From: Mustelus asterias
Lineage: Eukaryota
Length of the DNA: 64,000 bases
Assembly: GCF_964213995.1 (NCBI RefSeq)
Contig: NW_027590160.1
Coordinates: 62,001-126,000, forward strand
Reading direction: 5' to 3'
In this document: positions 47,786 to 62,248 of the stretch, piece after piece
Position numbering within the stretch: position 1 is the stretch's first letter
Layout of the letters: each line of letters starts with the position of its first letter
Translations under genes and position numbers: made by a program
Notes under the pieces: generated by a model
Databases searched by the model: none
What the model was told of the DNA's origin: nothing
Seen by the model: the letters and a program-made list of their open reading frames with translations, nothing else

Positions 47786-49634
47786 CATTGACAATAAAGA
47801 ACAAACTAACAGAATATGTTAACACCTGAAATCAAATGGGAATGTTTAATTTCTGTTTTAAAGATATTGTGAATATATTGTCCTGGACAATAAAGAAATT
47901 GGAATAACTCACCTTGGGTGTGGTTGAATGGAATATATCAATCTGGTATCCACCTACATTCTCCCTCTCTAACAGCATTGTGGGTGTACTGACACCTGAG
48001 GCATTGTAGCAGTTCAAGAAGGCAGAGTTGGGTTGACCATGGCCGAGGCAGCTACATACAGCCACATATTCTGTTATAATCGAAGGATTGCCGATTGAAT
48101 GTGAGGCATTATGGGACTGGACTATCTTGACCATATTCCTGTAACTTCTCAGTTTCTGCAATCATAAAGCTGCTTAGCAGGGTCCTGACAGAGGACCTGG
48201 TGAGAATATTTACTCAGAATGAGTTAGAATTAAACTTATTCCAGGACCGGCTGGTGTTCAGCGGCTGAGATTCCTGAATCTGTAAAAAAGGGGTCCGACC
48301 AATCAACAAACAGTGGTAGGTAGTTGGTTAAGAAGTTAAAAAGCATTCTGAGGCATTGCTTAACCTATCGTCAATTTCTGATAAGAACTGTGAGGGAGTT
48401 GTGACCCGATAGTCGGTGAAGTGATGGTATTCTCCAAGTAGCACTGGTCTGAAAAGCAGATCTCTGAGAGTAGATTTTAACAGTTATAATCCTATCCACG
48501 CATGGCCAGTGAAAAACCAGAGCTCGAGTGGGGACTGGACAGGTCTCTTACCTGCCATTTGGAAACTAAGAACAAGAAGCTTATAGATAAAATGATTAGA
48601 GAATAGAAACAACGTTTCAATTCTGGATGACACTTTGTAAGAAGCTCTTATGAAGGATCACCCAGACTCAAAACATTGGCTCTATTCTGTCTCCAAAGAT
48701 GCTGTCAGACCTGTTGAGATCTTCCAGCATTTTCTGTTTTCGTTTCAGATTCCAGCATCCGCAGTATTTTACTTTTATGATAATTTGATTTGGTCTGATT
48801 GGAATCCCCACAACCCTCCCGCAAAACAGAGGGAGTGGTGGCAAAGGGAGAAAAAGGATAAGGATGATAAAGTCTGGGTTCTGATTCTCCGAGCCCATGT
48901 AGAATCAACAAAATGAGTGAACCAGTTTATAACGAATAGAAGTTACCCATCCCTAACAAAAACTGATCAAATTAAAATAATTAGGTTGATGAATATAACA
49001 AAAAAATTAATGGATGAAGTTTAACATCAAGTTTGTTTGTTGTTAGGGAAGTTTTTAAAACTTGTGTAAAGTGATGTAATTGTGTGCCAAGTTTTTGCTG
49101 CTCACTCCCCACCCCTTTAGGTTCTGTAGAAAAGTTAACCCTTTCAGCAGACAGTTGATTTGTTTTTAAATCACCCGAAAACTCATGTCTATCTTAGTTC
49201 ATAATTGAAGATTTATGGGAATTGGCTAAGATGGGCTTTCAGCATTTTTAAAGTATAAAAAAGTGGTCTTGAGAAGCCAATTTGGTAGAGAGAGGTGGAG
49301 GGAGAGATGTTTACAGAGAGGTGTCGAGAGCTGTTGGTTTTACAAGTTATCCATGTTTTTGGAGCGGTCACTTCATGTCCTGGTCTGAGAGGGATGGAGA
49401 GAAGTCTGTTCAATTGTTAATGTTAAACTTTCTCTATTAACTGTTAATCGACACTTTGCTTTTTATCTTTCTGACTTGTTACATTTTTAATGGTTAACAA
49501 ACTTTCTGATTTCACCATTTAAAGCTTTCTTTCTTGCCACATGGTTAAGTCACTGGAACCTGGTGTGATTTACGATTAGGGAGGTTATTGTAAACAAGAG
49601 AACCCTCATAAATCTTCATTCACATAAATCAATG

Positions 49635-49822
49635 TTCTTACAAATGGAATGTTATCCTTTATTACGAAAGAAATTGAACAGAGAAGTAAAGATGTTCTGC
49701 TTCAGTTGTACAGGGCGTTGCTGAGACTGCATCTTGAACACTGAGTGCAGCTTTGTCTCCTATTTAAGAAATGATACAAATGCATTGAAAGTGGTTCAGA
49801 GCAGGTTTAATAGATTGCTTCC
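49635..49822 (+). mobile_element. Degenerate CR1 fragment
   Basis: LLQLYRALLRLHLEH..VQSRFNRL. Confidence 0.6.
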
Positions 49823-51417
49823 CAATTCTTGACCCTCACGGGATGAATTTTGTCTGATTTTCTTTGTTTTCAGCTCTGATAAAGGGTCATCCTGACTCCA
49901 AATGTTGCCTCCATTCTCTCTTTACAGATGCTGTCAGACTTGCTGAGATTGTCCAGCATTTCCTGTGTCTGTTTCAGATTCCAGCAACAGCAGAATTTTG
50001 CCTTCATACCAATTCTTTTGGATAAGGACATCAAAAGTATTGGGTGTAGAACGAGAATGTGGAACTGAACACAAAAAGATCAGCCATGATCTAAATAAAT
50101 GCTGGAGCAGACTCAAAGGGCCAAATGGCTACTTCTGCTCTGATGTTGAATGTTGGTCACAAATTCCTGAGGATTGTGTAACAAGGCTGGAAGATTTGCC
50201 TTGCTTGTGTTCGTGGGAAAATGTCCAGGAGAACCATCACTGTGAAGGACAGTTCTGGGATTAAAGGTTGCCAGACTGGAAAAGGAAATAAACACTCAGG
50301 GAGTGAAGAATCACTTTGGACTGGTTTTTGGAAAATTTTGGAGACAGAGTAAAATATAATTGTTGAGTGGGATATTTGATTGTGTTAAGAGTAAAAGGGC
50401 AAAGTTCAATTTTACAGTTTAAGGGCAATGTTCCCTACAAAGAACAGTGTTTAGTCATTGTTGCTTCCAGTTTGTTGGAATAAATGTCAAAAAACTTGAA
50501 GTTTTGTCATGTGATTCTTTAATTTATTCACTGGGTTTAAATTCACTTTTTTAATTATTGAATGTCTCAGAAATTCTAACAGTTCATTTAAAGCCACAAG
50601 TTTTGATTTCCCATTTGAGCCTGGGGTACCTTTCTGTCTCTCTATTGCTCGTGTTAATGACAGCCAGCCGACGGAGCTGAGGGCTGAATTTAGCTGAGAA
50701 TAATGGGGCCTACACCCCAGTTGGGAAACTGCCATGGGCGTCGCACTAATAGAGAGACAGGAAGGTGCTGGAGGACTGAGTGGGAAATGGGCCTCCAACC
50801 AATTGTTATATCGGTCACTCAGAGCTAAAGAGAAACCCGTCTCTTTAAATACATATACAGGGAAGAGGCTGCACTGAAATCTGTCCCTTTTAACCTGCAC
50901 AAAAGCAGGAGGCTGAGATTGACAGGCTGCAGGAGGAGACCATTCAGCCCATCATGCCCCTGCTATCTCTTTGAAAGGACTCTGATTCATCCAACTGCTC
51001 TGTTCTTTCCCCACAGCCCTGCAAATTCTTCCCTTTCAAGTCTTTACCCTTTGGAAAGATTCTATTGAATCTGCTTTCAGGCAGATCAGAACAACTCACT
51101 GTGTCAAAAAATAACACAAAATCTCATCTCCCACTCTGGCTCCTTTGCCAATTACCTTAGAGGGACTCACTTTCTGTTAAAGAGCCTGCCAACCCCTCTC
51201 ACCCACTTTCCCTAAAGTGCATCAATCTCAGCAGGAAAAATCCAGAAAAATCAAATATTTTTACTGATAAAAGTTTATCCATGAAACAGAACATGGTTAA
51301 AACAAACAGAAAATGACTTGAGGATCAAAGACAACCAGAGTAAAGGATGTTCACAATGTTCTGGACACAAATAGTTTCTCTTTAATTCATCTGTAGCCTG
51401 TTCCCTGCCCTCTTTGT

Positions 51418-52040
51418 GGAACACCTCCGCTCAGTCCACAAGCATGACCCTGACCTTCCGCTTGCTTGCCATTAGAATTCACCACCTTGCTCTCACACTC
51501 ACATTTCTGTCCTCGGCCTGCTGCAATGTTCCGGAGAAGCCCAACACAAGCTGGACAAACAGCCCCATATCTTCCGATGAGGCACTTTACAGCCTTCTGG
51601 ATTCAACATTGAGTTCAACAATTTCACACCCTGAACTCTCTCCTCCATTTTGATGGGTTTTTTTGCTGAGTGCCAGTCTGCATCTTGTTTTCATGTTTTT
51701 TTGCTTCCAGACAGAGCTGTCCTTTATTCTGCCATTAACACTTACTCTGGACCAATGCTTTGTTTCTTTACCACAACCATTACCTCTCCCTTTGCCTTTT
51801 GTTCCAGCATATTTTTGTCATTTAATCTCACCCACCCTCTAACCAATCCCTGACTTTCCCTTTTGTTCTACCTGCCCCTCCCCTCTTTCTCACCAGCATC
51901 AAACCCATCACATTTCTCTCTCGCTTTCGTTCTCAAATAGAGTTACATTGGACATAAAAGGTTATCTCTGTTTCTCTCTCCAGAGATGCTACCAGACTGG
52001 CTGTGATTTTCTAGTTTTTTCTGTATTTATTTTAGATCTA
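51418..52040 (+). mobile_element. Penelope-like 3' remnant (GIY-YIG C-terminus plus terminus)
   Basis: EHLRSVHKHDPDLPLACH*NSPPCSH..VLGLLQC..KLDKQPHIFR*GTLQPSGFNIEFNNF. Confidence 0.75.
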
Positions 52041-52297
52041 CCAGTAGTGGTAGGAAAAACACTATTTATAATCAAGGATAAAATAAATGTCCTTCATTAC
52101 TTTTGTGGATCATTTCAGTGGAAATGTGCTCTCCCAGGTTCAAAGAGCATCAACCCACTGATGCAAAGTTGTGAGACTGGCCAGTCCAGCAGAAAGAAAC
52201 CCTCTGACCCTCCCACTTCACCAACTGTCAGAATGAACATGGTTCAGTCCTGGATGTGATTAACAGCAGCAATAACAGCAGAATCCAACCCCCGTCA

Positions 52298-53560
52298 TCA
52301 CTTGTGAACTCGCTGGTGTCTCTGTAGGTGGGATAACTGAGTGAATGTATTCCCACACACAGAGCAGGTGAATGGCCTCTCCCCTGTGTGAACTCGCTGG
52401 TGTACCCGCAGTGTGAACGATGTTTTAAATCTCTTTGTGCAGTGAGAGCAGCTGAACGGTCTCTCCTCAGTGTGAATGCGCTGGTGGGACACCAGTTCTC
52501 CAGAGCTTTCGAAGCCACTTCCACAGTCAGAACATTTAAAGGATCTATCCTGCGTGTGAGTGACATTGTGTCTCAGCAGGCTGGATAACTGAATGTATCC
52601 CTTCCCACACCCGGAGCAGGTGAATGGCCTCTCCCCGGTGTGAACTGCCTGGTGTTTCCGCAGGTTGTATGACATTCTAAATCTCTTTGTGCAGACAGAG
52701 CAGCTGAACGGTCTCTCCTCAGTGTGAATGCGCTGGTGGATCATCAGATCCCGAGAGCTTTTGAAGCTACTCCCACAGTCAGAACATTTAAAGGGTCTCA
52801 CATTGGTGTGAGTGAACTTGTGTCTCAGCAGGTGGGATGAATGAATGAATCCCTTCCCACACACAGAGCAGGTATATGGCCTCTCCCCGGTGTGAACTCG
52901 CTGGTGCGTTAGCAGGTCGGATGAATTTCTAAACCTCTTTGTGCAGTAAGAGCAGCTGAACGGTCTCTCCTCAGTGTGACTGCGCTGGTGGAACTTCAGA
53001 TCTCCAGCGAGTTTGAAGCTGTTCCCACAGTTGGAGCATTTAAAGGGTCTCTCATTGCTGTGAGTGACTTTGTGTGCACGTAGACTGGATAAATGAGTGA
53101 ATTCCTTCTCACACACAGAGCAGGTAAATGGTCTCTCCCCAGTGTGAATTCGTTGGTGTATCCGCAGTTTGGATGACATTTTAAACCTCTTTGAGCAGTG
53201 AGAGCAGCTGAACGGTCTCTCCTCAGTGTGAATGCGCTGGTGCGATACCAGTTCACCAGAGCTTTTGAATCTGCTCCCACAGTCAGAGCATTTAAAGGGT
53301 CTCTCCTGGGTGTGAGTGACTTTGTGTGCACATAGGCTGGATAAATGAGCGAATCCCTTCCCACAGTCAGAGCACCTGAATGGCCTCTCCCCTGTGTGAA
53401 CTCGTTGGTGTCTCTGCAGATTAGGTAAGTGAGTGAATCGCTTCCCACACACAAAGCAGGTGAATGGCCTCTCCCCAGTGTGACTGCGTTGATGAATCTC
53501 CAGCTGAGATGGGGATATGAATCCCTTCCCACAGTCTCCACATTTCCACGGTTTCTCCAT
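52298..53560 (-). CDS. C2H2 ZNF locus 9, 15 fingers, intact
   Basis: MEKPWKC start, 420 aa = 15x28. Acceptor atattacag at ~53919. Confidence 0.9.
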   Translation of the reverse strand: MEKPWKCGDCGKGFISPSQLEIHQRSHTGERPFTCFVCGKRFTHLPNLQRHQRVHTGERPFRCSDCGKGFAHLSSLCAHKVTHTQERPFKCSDCGSRFKSSGELVSHQRIHTEERPFSCSHCSKRFKMSSKLRIHQRIHTGERPFTCSVCEKEFTHLSSLRAHKVTHSNERPFKCSNCGNSFKLAGDLKFHQRSHTEERPFSCSYCTKRFRNSSDLLTHQRVHTGERPYTCSVCGKGFIHSSHLLRHKFTHTNVRPFKCSDCGSSFKSSRDLMIHQRIHTEERPFSCSVCTKRFRMSYNLRKHQAVHTGERPFTCSGCGKGYIQLSSLLRHNVTHTQDRSFKCSDCGSGFESSGELVSHQRIHTEERPFSCSHCTKRFKTSFTLRVHQRVHTGERPFTCSVCGNTFTQLSHLQRHQRVHK

Positions 53561-54243
53561 GGTGCTGATGTCCTTGTAACTCTCCAGGTTAAACAATCAG
53601 TTAAATCTCACACAGAACACAGGTACAGTCTCTCCCGCTGTGAATGCTGCGATGTATTTTCAGGCTGTGTAACTGGTTAAAGCTCTTTCCACAGTCATTA
53701 CACTGGAATGCGCTCACTTGGGTGTGGGCATGTTTCAGTGCTTTTCCACTCTCACTCATGCTTAAAATCTTTTGAAGATGACAGAACAGAGAAACATTTC
53801 TCTTCTGGATTCAAAGGTAGATGATATTCAGGTTCTATCAAATTGAGTGACTTTGTCAGTTCTTGACATGACGTTTGGCGTGAGACTTTTGACTGTAAAT
53901 CCTCACCTCCTGATAGCCTGTAATATAAATTTACAACAGACATCACAGTTAGTATAAGATAGAAATTCAGAACACATCATTTTAGTTTCTATAACGCATT
54001 CTTTCCTCGCTTATTCCCCAAAAGCTGTGAATCTCCATCCCACACACTCTCCCTCCATTCTCACTCTGCTGTATCTAATATTCACCCTCCCAATTCTCCT
54101 GAAGGTGCTGATTGAGGCTGATTGACAGATCCATGCTCACGGCTTCCTGCCCTGAATACAGAGAGCTGGAAATCTCCATGCAGGCTGCCAGACAGATATA
54201 TGTCTAAACGACTGAACTAAAAATGTATAGAATATACAGACTG

Positions 54244-54790
54244 GATTCACTTCCTTTCCCTTCAGTTGCTGCAAGTCCCCAGTTTCCCCCAGAATGAGAA
54301 AAGAAATGGAAAGGGGAAAACACAGAGGAGGAAGTTTCACTCTGAAGCTCATTGGCCAACTTCCGCATTGTGACATCACAACAGAGCCCGGCCTGAATCA
54401 GCCAATAGGAATCACTCTGCTCCGCGGTGACGTCTCTGCGTTCCAGTGCGCAGGCCCGGGCGCGCGGACCCGGGAGCCCCGCCCCCACCCATTGTTCCCC
54501 TCCCCTACACCTCCTCGAGCCAAGGTTTCCAGGCAACCGGCTGGCGGCTCCCGCCAGAGCGAGAAGCCGCTCGGTGAGCTCCCCCTCCCCCCTCTCTCTG
54601 TGGCGGCTGCTGCTCCAAAAAGAGATCGAGAGCGACCGCTGGCGGCAGCCGCACTGCGCCTGCTCCGGACAGCTCGGCTCAGCAGCACACTCTGCGCCTG
54701 CTCCGGACAGCTCGGCTCAGCAGCGCTCTCTGCGCCTGCGCACTGGGCTGCCAGCTGAGGGAGTGGGGGAGGGGACTTTGCAAAATCTCT
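54244..54790. promoter_or_regulatory. Bidirectional CpG promoter between locus 9 (-) and locus 10 (+)
   Basis: Third copy of the 22926/42951 cassette (CCAAT, tgacgtc, GC boxes). Confidence 0.65.
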
Positions 54791-54851
54791 TCCCATCATT
54801 TTCTTCCAAGTCCCGCAGTTTGATTTGAAACAGAACAGCTTCTGTTTGTAG

Positions 54852-55134
54852 CTTCACCACAGACTCAAACTTCACACACAGACTCAAACTTCACACAGAC
54901 TCAAACTTCACCACAGACTCAAACTTCACACACAGACTCAAACTTCACCACAGACTCAAACTTCACACACACACTCAAACTTCACCACAGACTCAAACTT
55001 CACACACAGACTCAAACTTCACCACAGACTCAAACTTCACACACAGACTCAAACTTCACACACAGACTCAAACTTCACACACAGACTCCAACTTCACACA
55101 CAGACTCAAACTTCACACACAGACTCAAACTTCA
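54852..55134. repeat. 19-20-bp minisatellite, ~14 copies
   Basis: cttcac(ac)acagactcaaa tandem. Confidence 0.92.
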
Positions 55135-55575
55135 TCCTCTGGACAACATCTGTGAGGAAAATACTTTCTTTCTGCCCCTGGGAATTAGAGAGACAGAAAT
55201 ACTCTGGAACTGGAATTAGAGCTAAATATACTGAGGGGGAAATGTTTGTGATTTTGTGGAACCTGTTTTTATTGTCTGAGTTTTTAAAGTGTAATTTATC
55301 TTGTCTATTCAAATACCGTTTCTCTCTTTGCATGATTTATTGATGCTGATTTTAGATAAATTTCTAAAGTAAAAGTTTTTTAAATGTGAAACGGTGTCCT
55401 TCAATATTCCATTGGACTTTTCTGGAAATATGTTTACTTTTTAGGTTAATAACGACAGACATATCTGACACATAACGACAGTCTTCTGTTGATAGAAGGT
55501 ACATCTCGGTATATTTTTGTTTCAGTAATAAGATTCATGTATTGTTAGTTTTATTCTTGTTATATAATATAAAAT

Positions 55576-55896
55576 CACAGAATCCCTACAGTACAGAAGG
55601 ATGCCATTCAGCCCATCGAGCCTGTACTGACAACAATCCCACCCAAGCCCTATCCCCGTCACCCCAAATATTTACCCTGCAAATGCCCCTGAAACTAGGG
55701 TCAATTTAGCATGGCCAATCAACCTAACCCGTACATCTTTGGAGTGTGGGGGTAAACCGGAGCACACGGAGGAAACCCACGCAGACACGTGGAGAATGTG
55801 CAAACTCCACACAGACAGTGACCCAAACCAGGAATCAAACCCGGGTCCCTGGAGCTGTGAGGCCACAGTGCTAACCACTGTGCTACTGTGCTGCCC
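55576..55896 (-). mobile_element. HE1-type V-SINE
   Basis: Homologous to 7384-7712. Confidence 0.88.
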
Positions 55897-56585
55897 TGCA
55901 TATGTAGCTTTGTTATACATTTCCAGTCAAAGTGACATTCCAGTTCAGAAGGAATCAATTTGAAATCTTGAGTCCATGTCAACCGTATTTTGGAGAAATT
56001 CACTCAGTCCCATTCACCCTCTCTATCCCCTTAACCCTGCATATTAACTTCCTCATTGTCCATTTGATCTTATTTTGAACGCATTTGCCTTCACTTCCAC
56101 CATCCTTACCGACCTCTTGCTGTCTAAATAAACATTACTCAAATCCCCCTCCCACTATCTAATTAAGAAATACTATACTGTCTACCACACATTTTTAGTC
56201 CAGTTATATGACCACAGAAATGAGACTTGTCCATCCTGAATTTCTATCCTGTACTGACAGTGATGATTTTTGTAAACCTCTTTGCAGAATAACAGAGGAG
56301 GAGGATTTACAGATTGAAATCTCAAAGCAAATATCAAGAATAATTGTTTATTATTGGGACCAGAATATCATCGGCATTTGAGTCCAGGAGAAATGTTTCT
56401 CTCTTCTATCTGCTTCATAAGATTTTGAACATTGGTGTGACTGGAAAAGCAACGAGACACATGCAGATAGACATTATACAGCCTGAAAGAACATCACCGT
56501 TTACAAAGGAGAGACCATACACAAAGTCTGTGTGTGGACAACTCAGCTAATCAGCAACCTAGAGAGACACAAGGACACTCACACC

Positions 56586-57299
<714 letters not shown>

Positions 57300-57379
57300 T
57301 TACAGGGACTGGATTCTGCTGTTATTGCTGCTGTTATTCACATCCAGAACTGAACCATGTTCACTCTGACAGTTTTATT

Positions 57380-57735
57380 TTTATTCAGTGTGGGACATGG
57401 GTGTCGCTGGTCAGCATTTATTGCCCACCTCTCGTTGCCCTTGAGAGGGCAGTTGAGTGTCAGTCACATTGCTGTGGCTCTGGAGTCATCGTCGGCCAGA
57501 TCAAGTAAGGATGGCAGATTTCCTTCCCTCAAGGACATTAGTGAACCAGATGGGTTTTTTTTCTGACAATCGACAATAGTTTCATGGTCATCAGTAGATT
57601 CTTAATTCTAGATATTTTTTATTGAAGTCAAATTTGTCATCTGTCATGGTGGGATTTGAACCTGGGTGCCCAGAACATTAGCTGAGTTTCTGGATTAATA
57701 GTCTAGTGATAGTTCCACCAGGCCATCGCCTCTCC
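57380..57735. mobile_element. Interspersed repeat (LINE tail or SINE-like); second copy at 63780-64000
   Basis: gtcgctgg..cagcatttattgccca..gagggcagttgagagtc..ggtcatcagtagattc in both places; it splits the ZNF 3' UTR. Confidence 0.55.
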
Positions 57736-58655
57736 AAAGTGGGACCATCGGAGGGTTTCTTTCTGCTGGACTGACCGGTCTCATGACTTTGCTTCCAGTG
57801 GGCTGATGCTCTTTGAGCTGCTCCGCCATTCAATATGATCATGGCTGTTATTAATATGTGCAGCAAATTGTAATATTCTAAATAGGATATTCAGATGGTG
57901 ATACATTTTCATTTCTTCCTGAGGAAGAGGTTTGTGTCTATCTAATCATTCATGTTTTAGAAATAAATTTTTAGTTTGAGAATTAGTATTTTTTAACGAA
58001 AGATAAATGAAAAACCTGGGTTGAGAATCTGACAAAAACACCTGAGGGAATTCGCAGTCTCAAGGCGTGGCCCATGTTTGTTTAAAAAGTCAAAACTGGA
58101 AGGGTAAGAACTGTAAAAGGGCAGCTGGACTGTTCCTCTCTGAGTCACAGTGAGACATTTCTAATTAAATACACAGAGGGAATTCCCTAAGTTTTGACAT
58201 GTTCATTCAAAAAGATTGCAAATAATTTGATTCAGAAAAAACAACCATGGGTTATTTGATTATTGTGGATACTGAAAATCACATTTCTGGATTGTGAAAA
58301 GCAGCTGGAAGTAGCACAATTAATGCAAGATTTGGGACATTTAGATCTTCACTGACCAGAATGTAGCAACTAATGCTGTAAAAAGGGGGCTGGGCTCAGC
58401 CTCTTCAGCTGGAGATCTGGAGACATTGGATCTAACACTTAATGTCCTGTCTTTATTAGTGAGGTGACTTCTTCTAGCAGACTCAGGGTTACATGTTTGG
58501 TTTTGAAACTACAAGTTAATTAATTTAAACATCTATTGGATATGCTAACTGGTCTCCGTTACCATGGAGATAAGTGATTCAGAGTGGAACCTTGGTTGGA
58601 ATTCTGGGTGGTTCTCACAGAAACCAGGCAGTCTGCAGTGAGCTTGCAAACCGTC

Positions 58656-59366
58656 AGCTGTGGGACCAGAAGCTGTGAACTAGCTGTGGGAGCGGGAGCT
58701 GTGAGCCGCGAGCCAGCTGTGGGAGCGGGAGCTGTGAACCAGCTGTGGGAGCAGGAGCTGTGAAACCGCTGTGGGAGCAGGAGCTGTGAACCAGCTGTGG
58801 GAGCAGGAGCTGTGAACCAGCTGTCGGAGCGGGAGCTGTGAACCAGCTGTGGGAGCAGGAGCTGTGAACCAGCTGTGTGGGAGCAGGAGCTGTGAACCAG
58901 CTGTGGGAGCGGGAGCTGTGAGCCGCGAGCCAGCTGTGGGAGCGGGAGCTGTGAACCAGCTGTGGGAGCAGGAGCTGTGAAACCGCTGTGGGAGCAGGAG
59001 CTGTGAACCAGCTGTGGGAGTGGGAGCTGTGGGAACAGGAGCTGTGAACCAGCTGTGGGAGCGGGAGCTGTGAACCAGCTGTGGGAGCGGGAGCTGTGAA
59101 CCAGCTGTGGGAACAGGAGCTGTGGGAGCAGGAGCTGTAACCAGCTGTGGGAGTGGGAGCTGTGAACCAGCTGTGGGAGTGGGAGCTGTGAACCAGCTGT
59201 GGGAGTGGGAGTTGTGAACCAGCTGTGGGACCAGGAGCTGTGAACCAGCTGTGGGAGTGGGAGCTGTGAACCAGCTGTGGGAGCGGGAGCTGTGAACCAG
59301 CTGTGGGACCGGGAGCTGTGAACCAGGTGTGGGACCGGGAGCTGTGAACCAGCTGTGGGAGCCGGA
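58656..59366. repeat. 26-bp minisatellite, ~27 copies
   Basis: agctgtgggagc(g/a)ggagctgtgaacc tandem with variants. Confidence 0.95.
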
Positions 59367-59829
59367 GCCGAGAAGGTCATTAGGAACCAGGGATGTTCTC
59401 AATGTTTAAAGCCCTCAGCAAGAAGGCAGTAAAGTCCATGCTTGGATTGAGGAGTCCATGTTTTGAGTCAATTCTGAAATCTCAAAGGAAAGTTGGAGAG
59501 TTATTTGGCCGAAAGCTAATAGAAGGATCCTCATGAAATCTTGGAGTCTGGAGAATAGCTGGAATATGGAAAGTTTGATTTTGTTTAAAAGCCTGGAATC
59601 TTGTGATGGGTGTTTGGATTTCTCATTGAACGTTAATATTCTCAACCCGAATTATAACAACACACACAATATTTCAAAACTATTTGAAAAATATGGTCTT
59701 TATTTTGTACAAAGTATTACATTATAAGGCATTCCTCTTCTAGGATCTACAGTAATTTCTTAGCTCGAGCACTACTGAAACAATCAGACAATAAATGAAT
59801 AAAAATTGTACTAATTGTCATCCCTTCTG

Positions 59830-60700
59830 AATCAGGAGGGCTATCCCCAGCACAGTGGGTCATTTGGAATTTTTCCCACAGACCAATTAACAGGGATTAT
59901 ACTCTCAAACCATCTGAAGTGAATTCTTTACACGAATCGTCCAGGCCGGTGCAGTTATCAACTTGCAGTTTGGCTGATCAGCTCAGATTTTCTGCAGCAT
60001 TTCATCAATCACCGTGTGATTCCTTTCACAGAGTCCATCTTTCAGCTGCTGTGTTCCTGACCAGAATGTTCATGTGTTCACACACGTCTCAAAATTCATC
60101 ATTCAGAAACTGAGCTGGTGCCACAAAGTCTGACCATGTTTCATAGGCACCCATCGGATCATCTTTCTTGTAAATCACATCAATGAAACCTAATAAAAGA
60201 TCCAAACCTTGATCAGTAGCCCACTGATGGACATCCAGCTCAAAAAATACTTTGCTTCTGATTTTCCTTGTGTTAGGAAGTGACAGTGCCAAGGCCAGAT
60301 CTTGTTTCCTCCTTGATCGGGATGTAACCTGTGTCCACATCGCCACTTCATTCTTCCACTGGTTGTATGGTTCAGACTCCGAGAGCATCAGCAGGTAATC
60401 AGACCCTGACAATTCCCACTGCCTTTCAGTCATTTCTCACAAAAGCTGCTGGGATTGGAAGCTTCTGTCTGAAATATACTTTCCTTTATTGTCCAAACTT
60501 CACCATTAGACAAACATTCCCTGTTACCATGTTATAATCCCGACAGTCTTATAGTGAAGGAAGAAATTGGAGCTAATCTTTACTTGGAATATAATTAACT
60601 CCTAACTCTTTATACATACTTTCTTCATACACACTCCTATAATTATCCAATCAATGCCCTCTATCTACATATTTAAACAGAATTGATACAATTAATGCCC
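59830..60700 (-). mobile_element. Internally deleted LTR retrotransposon (Copia/GalEa-like): LTR end, PBS, gag N-terminus fused to integrase core
   Basis: ...ACA|TGGTAACAGGG PBS (60529-60519, iMet-like). Gag YNQWKNEVAMW..ALALSLP..YKKDD. Integrase NDEF*DVCEHMNI..NTAAE..GLCERNH..KNSL. Confidence 0.7.
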
Positions 60701-60706
60701 ATAGTC

Positions 60707-60988
60707 AGGGCAGGGACCCGGGTTCAATTCTGGCCTCGGGTCACTGTCTGTGTGGAGTTTGCACATTGTCCCCATGTTTGCGTGGGTTTATTCTGGGTGC
60801 TCTGGTTTCCTCCCACATTCCAAAGATGTGCGGGTTAGGTTGATTGGCCATGCTAAATTGCCCCTTTGTGTCAGGAGATTAGCAGGGTAAATATGTAGGG
60901 TTATGGGAGTGGAGCCTGGGTGGCATTGTGGTCGGTGCAGACTCGATGGGCCAAGTGACCTCCTTCTGCAATGTAGGGATTCTATGAT
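60707..60988 (+). mobile_element. HE1-type V-SINE, 5'-truncated
   Basis: B box, V-domain and ttctatg tail. Confidence 0.85.
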
Positions 60989-60996
60989 TAAAAAGA

Positions 60997-61661
<665 letters not shown>

Positions 61662-62248
61662 TGAGAACCTTCTGAAGCAGACAGAACACCATTTCTTTAT
61701 CCACGCTTTCTTCATACACACTCATATAATGGTCCAATCCATGCCCTCCATCTGTACATACTTCAATTCAATTCTAGACTGAATGACCAATGACATTCAG
61801 GTCCCTTTGAATTGAGTGAATGTGTCAGGTCTTGATGTGATGTTTGGTTTTGAGATTTCTGTCTGCAAATCTTCTCCTTCTCAAAACCTGTAGAAGGAAT
61901 TTACAAAAGTCATCCCTTTCAGTACGGGAACAAAATTCAGAATACACAATTTCATTTTTAGTTGCACATTCTTTCTGGACTTGTTCACCAAAAGCTGTGA
62001 ATCTCAATCTCATACATTATCTCTACCCTCAAACTGCTGTACCTCATATATACCCTCCCAATTCTTGTGAAGATGCTGATTCATGCTGACTGACAGACCC
62101 ATGCTCACTGCTTCCTGACCTGGAGAACTAAAAACTTTGTTGCAGAGTGCTAGACTAAATGCAAACACAGAGGTACAGATTCTGGAGGAAAACATGTGTT
62201 TAATAAACACTGCTGCATTACTTGATCAGAGATTGTCAGAGAGGACTT

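Noticed and set aside
58559-59402. Pro/Ala/Thr-rich mucin-like ORFs
   Set aside because: Translation of a 26-bp minisatellite cycling through frames.
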